Positions 1 to 11,860 of a stretch of 64,000 nt of DNA are shown here, piece after piece (within the stretch, counting starts at the first letter, position 1; each line of letters begins with the position of its first letter). The stretch comes from Vicugna vicugna (Eukaryota): positions 2,203,599-2,267,598 of the forward strand of contig MU058584.1 of NCBI GenBank assembly GCA_013265495.1, written 5' to 3'. The position numbers and the translations under genes were made by a program. The notes beneath the pieces were generated by a model that made no database searches, was not told where the DNA came from, and was given only the letters and a program-made list of their open reading frames with translations.

Positions 1-984
1 AACGTAAAATCATTAAGCTTCTGCCAATAAATCCATTACTGTTAATTATATTGCGATGGCCAACGATCCGCTGATAATATTCCTTCATTGATTCTCATTC
101 GCTGTGGATCGAGGTTCTGGCTTGCATCTCTTTGGTGTTTTCATTCCTTCATTTCCTTCTCCCTCTCCTCTTTCTCTTTCTCCCCGGGCCCGGCTCCCCA
201 CACCCATCTCTCCCCCTCCCACCTTGAGCTTTTGCAGTAATGCAGCTCCCCTCTCACTGGTGAAACAGTTCTCTCCCTAAGTGCCAAATGTTTCTTGATA
301 GGAACAAGCTACATTTCTTTATGGCTTATGGCAAACTGCCTTGATTACTTCTACTGCTGTACCCATTATGTGAATTAAATATGTATTCAGTTGCATGCTG
401 CTTGCGATGTTATTGCAGGGTGACATATGGTACTGACTCAATTAGAATGAAACTAGCATTAGATAACCCTTCTGATTACATGCATCCTGACCAGCTCCTC
501 CTCGGCCTCCCCTCTGTGCTCTCGCTGTCTCTGCTGTCTGCAGGCTGCAGGTTTACATTATCCGTTATCATCTCCACCACATTGGATGCTGGCCGGGGGT
601 GGGGAAGGGAGGGGGCCCTGGGTGTCTGGGAAAGAAGGCATCTCAGATAGACAGACAGAATAAAAGGGCTGGGGGTGGGGTGGGGGAGGAATATAAAGGA
701 CTCTGCTCTCATTTGGAATTCACCGTTAATGTTTATATTGTTCGGAAGTGATTGTCAGGCCTGCTATGAGAAGAGGCCAGAAAGGTTTCTGTAGGGTTGG
801 AAGATCAGAAAAGGAAAAAAAAATGACTGTGAAATGACTGCTGTGTGTGTGATTAGTTGGTCCTTACCTTGAAAATTATTCATTTAAAAATAACACCTTT
901 CTCTCCCCTCCCAGTTCATACTTACTCTAACACCAGTGACATATTTTCTATCTCTAGCATACCTGGATTCAACATATGTTAACC

Positions 985-1115
985 CATTTGATTCCCATCA
1001 GCTCCTGACAACACAGGCAGAACAGGCATGGGTGCCCCCATTTTACAGATGAAGCAGTGGAGGCCCGAAGAGGCTACATTACATTGTGGTTCAAGGTCAC
1101 AGAGTCACATGGTGG
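985..1115 (-). mobile_element. MIR SINE fragment
   Basis: CCCATTTTACAGATGAAGCAGTGGAGGCCC...CAAGGTCACAGAG matches the reverse complement of the MIR core. Confidence 0.75.
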
Positions 1116-2339
1116 GCACAATGAGGAGGAATCCTTAAGAATGCAGAGGGCTCTGGAGGGCAGCTCAAGGATGTGCTATAAAGTGATTTGAGAATTGTTA
1201 GATCTTAAAAATAATAATAATACATAAAGGAAGTATTTTGGGTGTCCGGGGCGGCCAGTGTCGTTGCTGGAACGTCTGGTCCTGAAAACAACACAGTTTG
1301 CCTCCGAGAACAGCTGGCCCACAGCATTTCCTTCTGAGGAGGGATGTTTCTCTCCTTGATCATTTTTCACCACGTGTTAAGCTGTTCCAAGCTCCGTTCC
1401 TTCTGCTCTTCCTGCTCTGTCACCTCTACTCGCCGTGTAAGAATCTGGAGACCATTTTTTCCGGCTCACTTAGCCCCAGCCTGAGGCTAAAGCAGCCCCC
1501 AGTCCGGAGCCTGCCCCTGGACCTGCTGGCCATCTGGGATTTTCTCCCAGGCTGATAGAAGGGCTCCCAGACCCAAGACTGCCTGCCCAACGGTGGCGTC
1601 ACCATCCAGCGCGACTCCTTGCCCATGACCAGTTCAAGCCTGCAGGTCTGTCTGAGCACCTACCATGTGTGTTTGTATGCACCACACCATATGCTGTGGG
1701 CAAATAGAAAGCTTAGAATGTCTCCTGACTCTGTGACTTTGAGTAAGTTAAAAAAAATGTGTATGGTCACTGGCCAAAGGCAGCTCATACCCAGGCAGAA
1801 AAATAGCATGAGGGTGAGTGTAAATGAGGATGATGTGAACTCAGAAGTACCACAGATGCGCTTATTAATCTCAGCTGGAATTTCTAGAATTAGGCTGATG
1901 CTTCGCTCAGTACCTTGAGTACAGCAGGCACTTAACACACGTTGGTTGAATGGATGCATAAGTGAATGAATGAGAGGGATCAGATAGTAATGGTAATCAG
2001 GAGGCAGCTTTTCTTGCAGGAGATGGGACTCCTTATAAGATGACACAACCATCCGTCCCGTCCTACCCCTCCCAGCCTGCTCTCCCATGACAGTGATGAT
2101 CACACTTAAAACAGCCTTTCAGAAAACACTGAAGCGCTAAACAAGAAAGGAATAAAAATGGTTATCTGCAGAGGCCAGGTGTGAGGTGGGGGACGGGGTG
2201 GGGGTGGAGGCAAGGGTGGAGCAAGACTCAGTGGCATATGGGAATCATAATGTGTACAGTGTAGATGTGTTTTTTATATGGTGAGTGTATTTCCTATTTT
2301 AAAATGAGGTTAAAAACAAACTTGCAGGGAGCATTAGCT

Positions 2340-2530
2340 CGCCTAATCTTCACAGCTACTGAGTGTGTATCGGGGGTCGTTTTTATTAGGGTCTAGTTTC
2401 ACGTAAAGAAACCAAAGCACAAAGAGGTCAGGTAACTTACACAAAGTCATAATAGAGTTGGTAAATTGCAGCTTGAAGATGAAACCCGGAGTGAGTTCTT
2501 TCTGCCATCGAACCTGGTGTCTGTGAGCCT
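2340..2530 (-). mobile_element. MIR SINE fragment
   Basis: AAGAAACCAAAGCACAAAGAGGTCAGGTAACTTACACAAAGTCATA resembles the reverse-complement MIR core (gaaactgaggcacagagaggttaagtaacttgcccaaggtcaca). Confidence 0.65.
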
Positions 2531-3639
2531 TGGCCCAGCTGTGCTAATGCCCAGAGCGGTGCCGGTGTGATATGTGCCCTCTCTGGGACCTCTGTTTGCC
2601 GGTGTAACTGTGTGTGTACCGATGTCTCCGCAGGAGACAGGGACGATGTGGGGTTGGGGCTCTCTCCGCTGCCACCGTAACACGGCACACTTGTACCCCC
2701 AGTCCATCTGATGTGGAGCGGCAGAAAGAAGTGTCTCTGAACCAGCCCTGCATTCATGCTCGCTCTTGGGGAAGGAAGCATGAAACGGGTCGCTTTAACC
2801 TGGCCTTTAGGGTTTGCCTGCTGTTTACCCTGGGTACCTCTGGAGGAACCAGGGAGGTATTACAGTTACCGCAATACCAGAAGGACCTGAGGGCAAATCT
2901 GGCACTGACAAATGCCCCAGGTTACTGGTCTTTTAAGTTTAGTGAAGCATGGCATATGTTTTTGAGGGCAAAGTGTGACATTTGTATGGCATCCTCTGAG
3001 TCGGTGTCTCCTGCTGTTCTGTAGATGTGTACATAACCCACGTTGCCTAGCAGAGCTCCCTTCTCACCACCTGACCCCCTCCACTCTTTCTCCTTGACCC
3101 CTACCTGGGGCGGCCTCTCTGGGTAGAACAGAGGGAGAGCTGTGCCATCGTGTGTTCTAGTGTGTTCTCACTGAGTAGATCTGTCGTTCCATTGCGGCTC
3201 TCTTGTACTTTTGCTCACGTAGTTCAGAGCAACGCTCTTCCCTGAGCATCATGCAGCCGATGAAGAACGAGTCTGTCTGTAGACTCCAGGAGGGGCGATC
3301 TATTGCCCTGAACACCGCAGTACCTTCCTCCTAGCAACCTGTTGCTAATCAGAGGTATCTTATGCCCTTCTTAGCCCTTCAGAAGAGTTAGGGCAGGGTT
3401 CTCCGAGGCCAACCCTTTTGATGGGCCATGTTCTGTTTTGATTTTGTCGAAAACTGTCCACTGTAGCTTCTGCCCCTCCTTGAACCAGGTGCCTCCTCCA
3501 CGAAGCGTTCCGGGAGGGTGACTCCAGACTTCACAGCCCCTGCCTGTCTATTGCTTCTAAGATTTCTAACTTCCTTTAGCTCACTTCTAGAAAGCTTCTT
3601 GGCTTCTGGAATTTTTGCTTCTCCGGGTTATGGGATCTC

Positions 3640-4520
3640 CCAGTCAATAGGTCCAGGCGACACACTCTTCAGTTATGGACTCTTGGTGTGTTTGATACCA
3701 ACGACCTTTCTGTGGTGAAGCGCCCTCCTCGCTTGATTTCCTGGTTTGCTTCGTAGCTCCTCGGTGGGCCCTTCTCAGTTAACTCCAGTGGTGCCTCTCT
3801 CTTGACTCATTGCTGAAATGTTCCCCCCATTCCTTAAGACTCTGCATCACCTAAATACTCATGGCTTACAAATATATCTACTTGTCATCTCGCTGAGGGC
3901 AGGGACCCTATCTTTCCTGTCACCCTCTGCATCCCCAGAGAACAGCACAGTGCCTGGGCCACAGTGAATACCCGGTGAATATTTATTCAACACGTGGAAA
4001 ATTAAAACCTGTATTTTCCACCCAGAGCGATCCTGTGAGTTTCAGATCTGCACGTGTAAGTGCCCAGCATGTGTCTCTACGTCCGTGTTTAACGGAATCC
4101 TTAAACTCTGCACATCCAGGGCAGACCTCCTCAGCATCCTGTTCACATCAAACCTTCTTCCTGTATTCCTTCTCTCTTTCATCTACCCAATCTAGAAGCC
4201 ACCAGCTTGGGTCAGACTCTTTTTCTAAGTCCTGCTTCCCCCGTGTAATCATTAGCCAGTTTGTGTTGCTTCTAACAGCAAACGTTTCTTGAACACTTCA
4301 TGCCAGGCTTGGTACCAGGTGAGGGGGGGTACAAAGGTCAGCAAACACACCCTGACCATATCCCGTATCATTTCTCCTCCCCATCTGCCACAGTCCCAGG
4401 TCAGGCCCTGACTGCCTTTCAGACACTTATCCAGACAGCCACAGAGTATCTCTGCCCCGGAAAATCCTCTCACTGCCCGCCCGGTCTCAGGTTCGCCATG
4501 ACACCCTTCACATTGCAAAC
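3640..4520 (+). mobile_element. Fragmented L2 LINE remnants, including an L2 3' end at about 3895-3990
   Basis: Pyrimidine-rich L2-like body; GAGGGCAGGGACC...CAGCACAGTGCCTGG...GAATATTTATTCAA is a typical L2 3' terminus. Confidence 0.6.
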
Positions 4521-6609
4521 CTGCTTGCTGTCCCCCGATTGAGAATTCTTCACTGGCAGCTCCAGTGTCAAACGCTGTAGTCCTGAATCTCAAAACTCTT
4601 GTGCCATGATTGGTTGTGAAGTATGTCACAAGTCATTTTGATATTAATAATAGGCTAAGACCTGAAGTTTGCAGATTATTTAAAATTTTAAACTAATTCG
4701 AGTGATCACCATAAAAATGTCACCCTCACTCACCTGAGATCCCATATGCTCTCCTGGGTGGGAGAGAAGGGGTAGCTTCATAGCCTGCTGGGAACTGCGT
4801 GTATTCCTGTGAATTCCCTCTCGAGTGTGTCTTAAATCTGATCCTCACCGAGTGTGCGTGTTTGATGGACAGACACAAGGCCGAAGTCTGCGGGATGACC
4901 CCTGAGGTCCCTGGTATAGCCCACAGTACCCTTGGTTCTAGCCTTTGTCTATCTCACCAGGTTTGTTTCCTGCCATTTTTTTCTATCTCATCGTAGGCTG
5001 GAGATGCCTGAAACCTGCCATTTCTGTCTTAGACTTTTGAGATCTTCTCCTCTGTTAGGAACCCTGTACCTACCATCCCCACAGTAAACTGGGACTTATC
5101 ATGCAAATCCTAGCAGGAGCCTTGACTGAGAATGCTCATGCAGTCTTAGAGATTCCTCCTTGGTGTTCACTTTGTCTTGTATAGTCCTTCAAGGTCATAT
5201 ACACCTTATATTACTTAGTCTTTGTCATTTTATTTTTTGCACATTCTTTTAATTTTTACATGTTTATTTTCCCATTGAACTGTATGTATTTTGCAGTTGA
5301 TGTCTTGGTATATTCTTCTGTCTCTTTTTTTTCTTTTTTCTTTTTTTAGGACAGGCTTGAGCATATAGTAGGTGCTCCACAATCATTCCTTGTAGTCATG
5401 TGGGTACCGTCCTATCCACAGACCCCAACGTTCAGGCAATTTTAGTACCGTGTCATATCCTGACTGACTAGAGAGAGCCCTAGACAGGAGTCTGAAGAGT
5501 GAGTCCTGGCTCATCCACGTGTGGTTATGTGTCCCTGGACATGTAGCGTACAACTTACATCCACCTGCTTCTATGTGCATGTCTATTTGTAAGATTGTCC
5601 TATGAAATGGTTGTTGAAATCAGGTTGGGAGAAGCGTGGGAAATAGGATGTAATGGATAAAGTGAGGTCCCCTGTGTGTGTCAGTAAAAGTGTGGCATTA
5701 AATGTCTAACAGAAGGGTTTAGATATGTGGTAAGAAACGGAGACCCAGTGGTTTGGGTCTTGAGCACAGATGGCATGTGCTGAAATCAGATTTAAGGCTT
5801 TTCAGTCTGGTAAAAATGGGTGGATGTACTAGACTGGAGAAAGACTGAAGACAGGGGTTTCAGCCAGGAGACAAAAGGATCCAGGGTCTGAGTCAGTGAA
5901 TGGTGTTTTGGGAAGGGAAAGGATCTGACTTTTTTGAAAGAAAAATGAGCAGAGCCCCGTGACCATCTAGATATGGAGGTTGAAGGAAAGGTATGAGACG
6001 AGGATGACTGAATCATTTAATTCATTCATTAATTTGGCTTCCATCAAATGTTTGAGATGCGACATGACTCATTACAATGAAAGACTGTTTAGCAATTATA
6101 ACTGTCCCCAAATAGCCAGAGGGTGTGGTCACAGATGCCCACCTAAGCATGTAACTGTCGGAAATGAGCTTTTGCCGGGGTTGTCATTGAGGCATCTGCT
6201 GCGTGGTGTGCAAGTATGAACTAGGCCCTGAGATGTCTTCCATCTCTGTGTGTCTGTGTGTCTGTGTGTCTGTGTTCATTACACTTCTGATCTGGTTATC
6301 TGGGAGGATGGGTTGGCGTTAGTAAGAACAAGGAAGTTAGGAAAGGGAGGGAATTCAGATGCCGGCAAGAGTTTTGTTCATCCGATGGTGGTAGATCTTT
6401 CAGTTTCATAGAATGTTGTGATTGCTTCTGTGTAATTATTGGTTTCCTTTGGGCTACATCTTTGACATTTACTTGACTTCGTCTCCCCAGAGACAAAGCG
6501 TCGCCTCACCTAGAATCGTGCTTCATGTTCAGGTGACTCAGAGGCTTAGCTCCTTAGTTCCCAGGACCTCCTTCCCGGGAGGAGCCAGAGTTTATTGTGG
6601 GTCAGAATG

Positions 6610-6792
6610 AAATATAGTGGGAAAGAAAGAACTTGGGCTTTGCAGCCAGTCTGTCCTGAATGTGTGTCCTGGATCCTCCACCTACTGTGTGACACTGGGC
6701 AGGTTACCTAATTTGCCTTGTGTTTGTTTTCTCAATACTGAAAGTAGAGGTTATAATATCACCTACTTCATAGGGTTTGGGGAAGGATGAAA
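6610..6792 (+). mobile_element. MIR SINE
   Basis: CTACTGTGTGACACTGGGCAGGTTACCTAA...ATAATATCACCTACTTCATAGGGTT follows the MIR consensus in sense orientation. Confidence 0.8.
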
Positions 6793-7055
6793 ATAATAAT
6801 AGCTAATGTTAACATAACTTAATGTTAACAGTAACGTACCAGGCTTTGCCTTATTTACGTTGATCATTTCATTTAATCTTCCCTACAAAACCGGTAAGGT
6901 CTGTACTATTATGTCCCCATTATATTGACCAGTAAACTGAGCTTAGAGGGGTTGAATAACTTGCTCTTAATTACTCAGGTAGAAATTGGCAAAGTAGGGA
7001 ATTTGAACCTGGGTGAAATGACTCCAACAGCTGAGCCCTTAATGACCTAAAGCTC
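6793..7055 (-). mobile_element. MIR SINE, near full length, antisense
   Basis: TCATTTAATCTTCCC...TACTATTATGTCCCCATT...AAACTGAGCTTAGAGGGGTTGAATAACTTGC...GAATTTGAACCTGGG matches reverse-complement MIR. Confidence 0.8.
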
Positions 7056-7587
7056 TGTAATCTCCCAAATAGCACTCTTTTTGTGAAAATCTGGAAGCCC
7101 CCCTAAGACCCCTCCTTTCAGGTTGATCACCCCTTCTACCATGTTCCTATAACAAAATACTTGTGGCTTTAGCATTTTAAAAATAATTTTTCAACTCTTT
7201 TTTCAACCTTTATTTAGTCATTTGTTCATAAGTCCCCCTCTCTTCACTAAATTATAAACTTTTGAACATAGGAACTGTGCCTACCTATGTATTTTTCGCT
7301 CTAATGCTTTCTTTATACACAGGCTTTCTTAATGTTAATTTATTGGAAATAAATTATATGAAAAGCTCACTCTTTTCCTAGAGGGGGCACCTTTGGTACC
7401 ATGAGGTCACCTTTGCCTTTCTGTCATCAAAACAGAAAGATTGAAGTGTCAAAGAGTGCTATGAGCAGCACTAATGGTATGTGATCATTTGAAATAATGA
7501 AATAATATCAGATGGTCTGATTATAGTCCTTACATCACCCCTACCCCAGCCACGAAACACACAAACATCATAAAAGCAGAAGTGATT

Positions 7588-8336
7588 TCAAATGATAAAT
7601 GCTGGAGAGGGTGTGGGGAAAAGGGAACCCTCCTACACTGTTGGTGGGAATGAAGTTTGGTGCAGCCATTTTGCAAAACAGTATGGAGATTCCTCAAAAG
7701 ACTGAAAATAGACTTACCATATGATCCAGCAATCCCGCTGGATCCAGAGGAAACCTTATTTCAAAAAGACACCTTCACCCCAGTGTTCATAGCAGCTCTA
7801 TTTACCATAGCCAAGAGATGGAAATGACCTAAATGTCCATCAATAGATGACTAGATAAAGAAGCTGTGGTATATTTATACAATGGAATACTACTCAGCCA
7901 TAAAAAATGATAAAATAATGCCATTTGCAGCAACATGGATGGCCTTGGAGAATGTCATTCTAAGTGAAGTAAGCCAGAAAGATAAAGAAAAATACCATAT
8001 GGTATCACTCATATGTGGAATCTTAAAAAAAAAACTTATTTATAAAACAGAAACAGACTCACAAACAGAATACAGACTTGTGGCTGCTAAAGGGGAGGGG
8101 TGTGGGAAGGGATAAACTGGGAGTTCGAGATTGCAGATACTTATTGGTATATATACAATAGATAAACAAGTTTATACTGTATAGCACAGGGAAATATATA
8201 CAATATCTTGTAGTTTATGGTGAAAAAGAATATGAAAATCAATATATGTATATTCATGTATGATTGAAGCATTGTGCTGTACAGCAGAAATTGACACAAC
8301 ATTGTAAAATGTCTGTACCTCAATTAAAAAAAAAAA
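7588..8336 (+). mobile_element. 5'-truncated LINE-1 (ORF2 C-terminus, 3' UTR, poly-A)
   Basis: ORF 7882-8115 (MEYYSAIKNDKIMPFAATWMALENVILSEVSQ) is the L1 ORF2p C-terminus. Cetartiodactyl-type 3' UTR and A-tail follow. Flanked by the near-identical TSD AAAAGCAGAA(G)TGAT at about 7572 and 8333. Confidence 0.95.
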
Positions 8337-8770
8337 GCAGAATGATCTTTGCTCAGTAAGTTGGATTGTTTGTGATGTTTAGAATTGAACCAGACAAGAA
8401 ATGAAGTATCAGGAGCCAGTTCCTCATTGCCTCTGGATATCAAATGTGCTATATCCCATTTGGTCTTGAGTTTTTTTCTCCCTTCAGCCTTTTTGGTTGG
8501 AATGCAGGCCTTGTTTTGAAGCTGAGACGTGCTGGCACCTGACCTTCCTTTAGTGGAGGGTGAGTCTGGGCGGTTGAGGTGGACTTCAGTAAATCCCTGG
8601 GGTACCCATTATCAAGAAGGTTGGATACCTAGCTTGTACTTTTCTCCATTCTGACGCATCTAAGACGGAAAAAAGAAATTCTATGACCCCCTGAGTGGCA
8701 GCAGAGGGAGAAAGCAAGGCGCCCACCTCTGAATGCCTTTAGGTTTATTAAAAGTGTGGCATTAAAAAAT

Positions 8771-8990
8771 ACACACTACTGTATATAAAGGAGATAAACA
8801 AGGACCTACTGTGTAGCACAGGGAACTGCATTCTTCAGTATCCCATAATAACCTATAATGGAAAAGAATCTGAAAAAGAATATATATATTACAATGTTAT
8901 AATTATAATTTTATAACATTACAATGTTATAAAATAGCACAACATTGTAAATTATACTAAAAATTAAAACAAAAAACAAAAAACAATGAC
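8771..8990 (+). mobile_element. LINE-1 3' UTR fragment with A-rich tail
   Basis: GATAAACAAGGACCTACTGTGTAGCACAGGGAACT...AACCTATAATGGAAAAGAATCTGAAAAAGAA is the same L1 3' UTR as the other copies in the window. Confidence 0.85.
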
Positions 8991-11674
8991 TACAACAACA
9001 AAGGGCCTTTTAACTGCTTTTGGGTTCAAAGTTGAGTAACAGTCATGGTCTTGTTGGTAAAAATAATAATGTACAGAGTATTTCATACTTATCAAGACGA
9101 TTTGATACATAGCACCTCTTATCCTCTTTCTTTGAGAAACAGCCCTGTGCAGATGAATAGAAGGAATCACAGAACTGTGTTTGGTGGTGCTGAGTGAAAG
9201 GCCGTTATTTTTCTTGCCTTATCTTCTGTCCCCTCATTCTTTCCTTACGCTCAATGAGTTTCGCTGTAGTTATAGTTACGTCTCACCTTGCAGACTCAGC
9301 TTTGGCAGCCTCCCCCATGTGAAGCGATGGGGACATTGGCATGGAGGTCCTCCATGTGACCCAGCGAAGGCTCCGTGTACATCAGTCCCTGTAGTTGACT
9401 CAACAGAGTGCCTGAAGGCCACCGCCCAAAGCCCCTCGACTCTTATTTCAAACATGATTCTAACTGTGTGGTTGTCTGGTTTCCCCGCCCCTGCCAGGAT
9501 GGATGTCTGGTAATCACTGATACTTACCAAGCACGTCCTACCCACGGATGCTCTCTCAGCCACTCACAGGTATTCAGTCAGGGATTCCTCACACCCCCGG
9601 AGCTCGGTAACACGACTGTCTCCGTTCTGAAGTTGGGGACACAGCAGGGAGGGGGTCAGAAACAGGCTCCCACAGCCGGTCAGTCAAGGCCAGCTTTGGC
9701 TTCCACAGTCTGGTATGTCAACTGTAACACTGTGCCTTCTATGAAGAAGAGGAAGAGGAGGAAACTCTGAGAGGCAATAAAACTATTAAAAGGAGACTTG
9801 GGAGCTTAATGAAAAGCCCAGCAGATGGAGTTGGCGTACAGTAGGTCTGCAGACGCCCACCTAGCAGTGGGCCTGGGCGATAATTGCCATTTGTAATGAT
9901 AAATGATTTGGATCCTGAAGAGGATGCCAAAGTATGTTCAAGATTATCCGACTATCCATCTGTCTGTCTGTCTATCTATCTCTCTAGATATCTTTTAAAG
10001 AAGCTAGAGGAAAGAGAACATATTTTTAAGTGATTTGTATCTAAAATGATGAAAATAAACCCAGTTTTGGTGAACCCCCAGGACCAAGGAGCTGAGGCGG
10101 GTTTCTGGAGTTGTTTCTTTTCTCAGGAGTTAGTTTCCTTGCCTTTCCACCTGCTCCTGGCTTCCAGAGTCTCTGTTCCCTGGGTGTCGCCCCCAGAACA
10201 AAGGTTGTGGACCCATGCACTGCCGAGACCGCCTCCCTGGACCCTCACTGCAGAAAAGATGACACGGATGTACGATCACCCTACACTGTGAACAGGGTGC
10301 CACTCACCCACCCGACTCTGTTGCTCTGCTTCTATGGCAGCAGGCTGAGGGCGTGCCCGGCAGTAAATACCAGTCGTGAACCACCGTGAACCCGGAAGAG
10401 GGTGGTCAGGGGATCCGAGAGAAGGGAAGGGGAGAGGACCTCTTTGTCTGGAAGGGAAGTGCCGTGACTACCCCTGCAGGTCTGTTAAGTGTCTCCTGGA
10501 TGAGAAGGGAATTCTCTTCCCTGCTTCCCCCTCCTCCTCCCCTCTTTATTTTTTCTCCCTTTGTAGAATAAAAATAAAGTAAAATGAAAAAAAAAAAAAA
10601 AAGCCCAGCAGAAAGGGAGCTGTGATGCTGTCGTCCCTGGCGTTGATGTTATTTATTTTCCTCAGTTGCTGCTCTGGAAGCCCGGAGTTGACAGAGCGGT
10701 TTTGTAGAATAGAAACATTATAGACTGTTACTGTCAGAGTGTTAAATGTGATGGATAGAGAAATAGAGGCGAGGGAGGGGACTTAATACTGAGAGCCAGG
10801 GTGCTCATGGGAAAATAAACCATCCGCGTATAAGAAATGAATGAGGTAATGTGGCGGGAGGTAATGGGCTTTCGCAACATGCCGGAACAGAGATGCTTAT
10901 TACAGGGGGCGCTTAACCCTTGGCGTGCTGCTTTCCCTTTGTGGGTTCCGGGGCTTCCCGCCGCGTCCCTCTGCGCGAGCACGTGTGTGTGGCTTCTCTT
11001 CAGGCAGGGAAGCAGGCGTGCGCAGAGGAGTGGAGACAAACGGGCTCTTAATAACGTGGTATTAGCAGCCTGTACATCACAGAGCCTTGGCAGCTCCCGA
11101 GGGCCTCGGGATCCCCGGGGCTGCTCGAGACAGAACGTGCCGTGATTGCTGGGTTCGGCAGAAGCAGGGAGGGCACATTAGGGGAGCTGGAGGCTCTGTT
11201 GATTTCGTCCTTGGCGGCTTCGGAGGGGTGCTTTGGCTCCTTGGGAGAGAAGTTGATTCATGTCACTTGGCTTCCCTAGTGGCCCCAGAAGATTCCCTGC
11301 CACTTTATGTCGCCACTGCCTAGCTGTTCTCCCACGGCCCAGAGTAGGGTGGCTTTGCTGTAAAACAGGAGGGAGAGGAGCAGACAGTGGTCATCTTTAT
11401 TGCCTCCTTGTCAAGTACAACACATGATATGGTGATGATAAAGGTGAGCATGTCAGGGGGAGACCCGGCTCAGACGGGATGATGGAAGGGTCCAGCCAGC
11501 CTAGGTGAGGTGGAGTGAGGTGAAATGAAAGGTGGCCGGGTTCAATGAGCAAGCTGCTTTCCCTTTGTGTGGGGTTCCCGTGACCTTCCCACCCGTCTCT
11601 GAGTCCTGGGGTGGCCAGCCCTGTGTCTTGTGCAGGACAAGCCTTCAGTAAACTGTGAGGGCTCAGTTGACATG

Positions 11675-11860
11675 GGGTGTTGTCTAGCTCTGGTGCTAAC
11701 CTGCTGTGTGGCCTTGAGCAAGCCATTCACCCTCTCTGGGTGTTAAGATGAAAAAACTAATGCCTTACAGGTTTATCATCAAGATTAACCATACTCATGC
11801 TGATGAAAGTGTAGGCAGGTTATAAAACATTACGCAAACAAAAACCAAAGTATCACCGTT
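11675..11860 (+). mobile_element. MIR SINE fragment
   Basis: GCTGTGTGGCCTTGAGCAAGCCATTCACCCTCTCTGG matches the MIR core. Confidence 0.65.

Noticed and set aside
4005..4040. 9-nt microexon-like pattern CCCAG|AGCGATCCT|GTGAGT
   Set aside because: Lies among L2 fragments with a short pyrimidine tract; it illustrates the chance background for such patterns.
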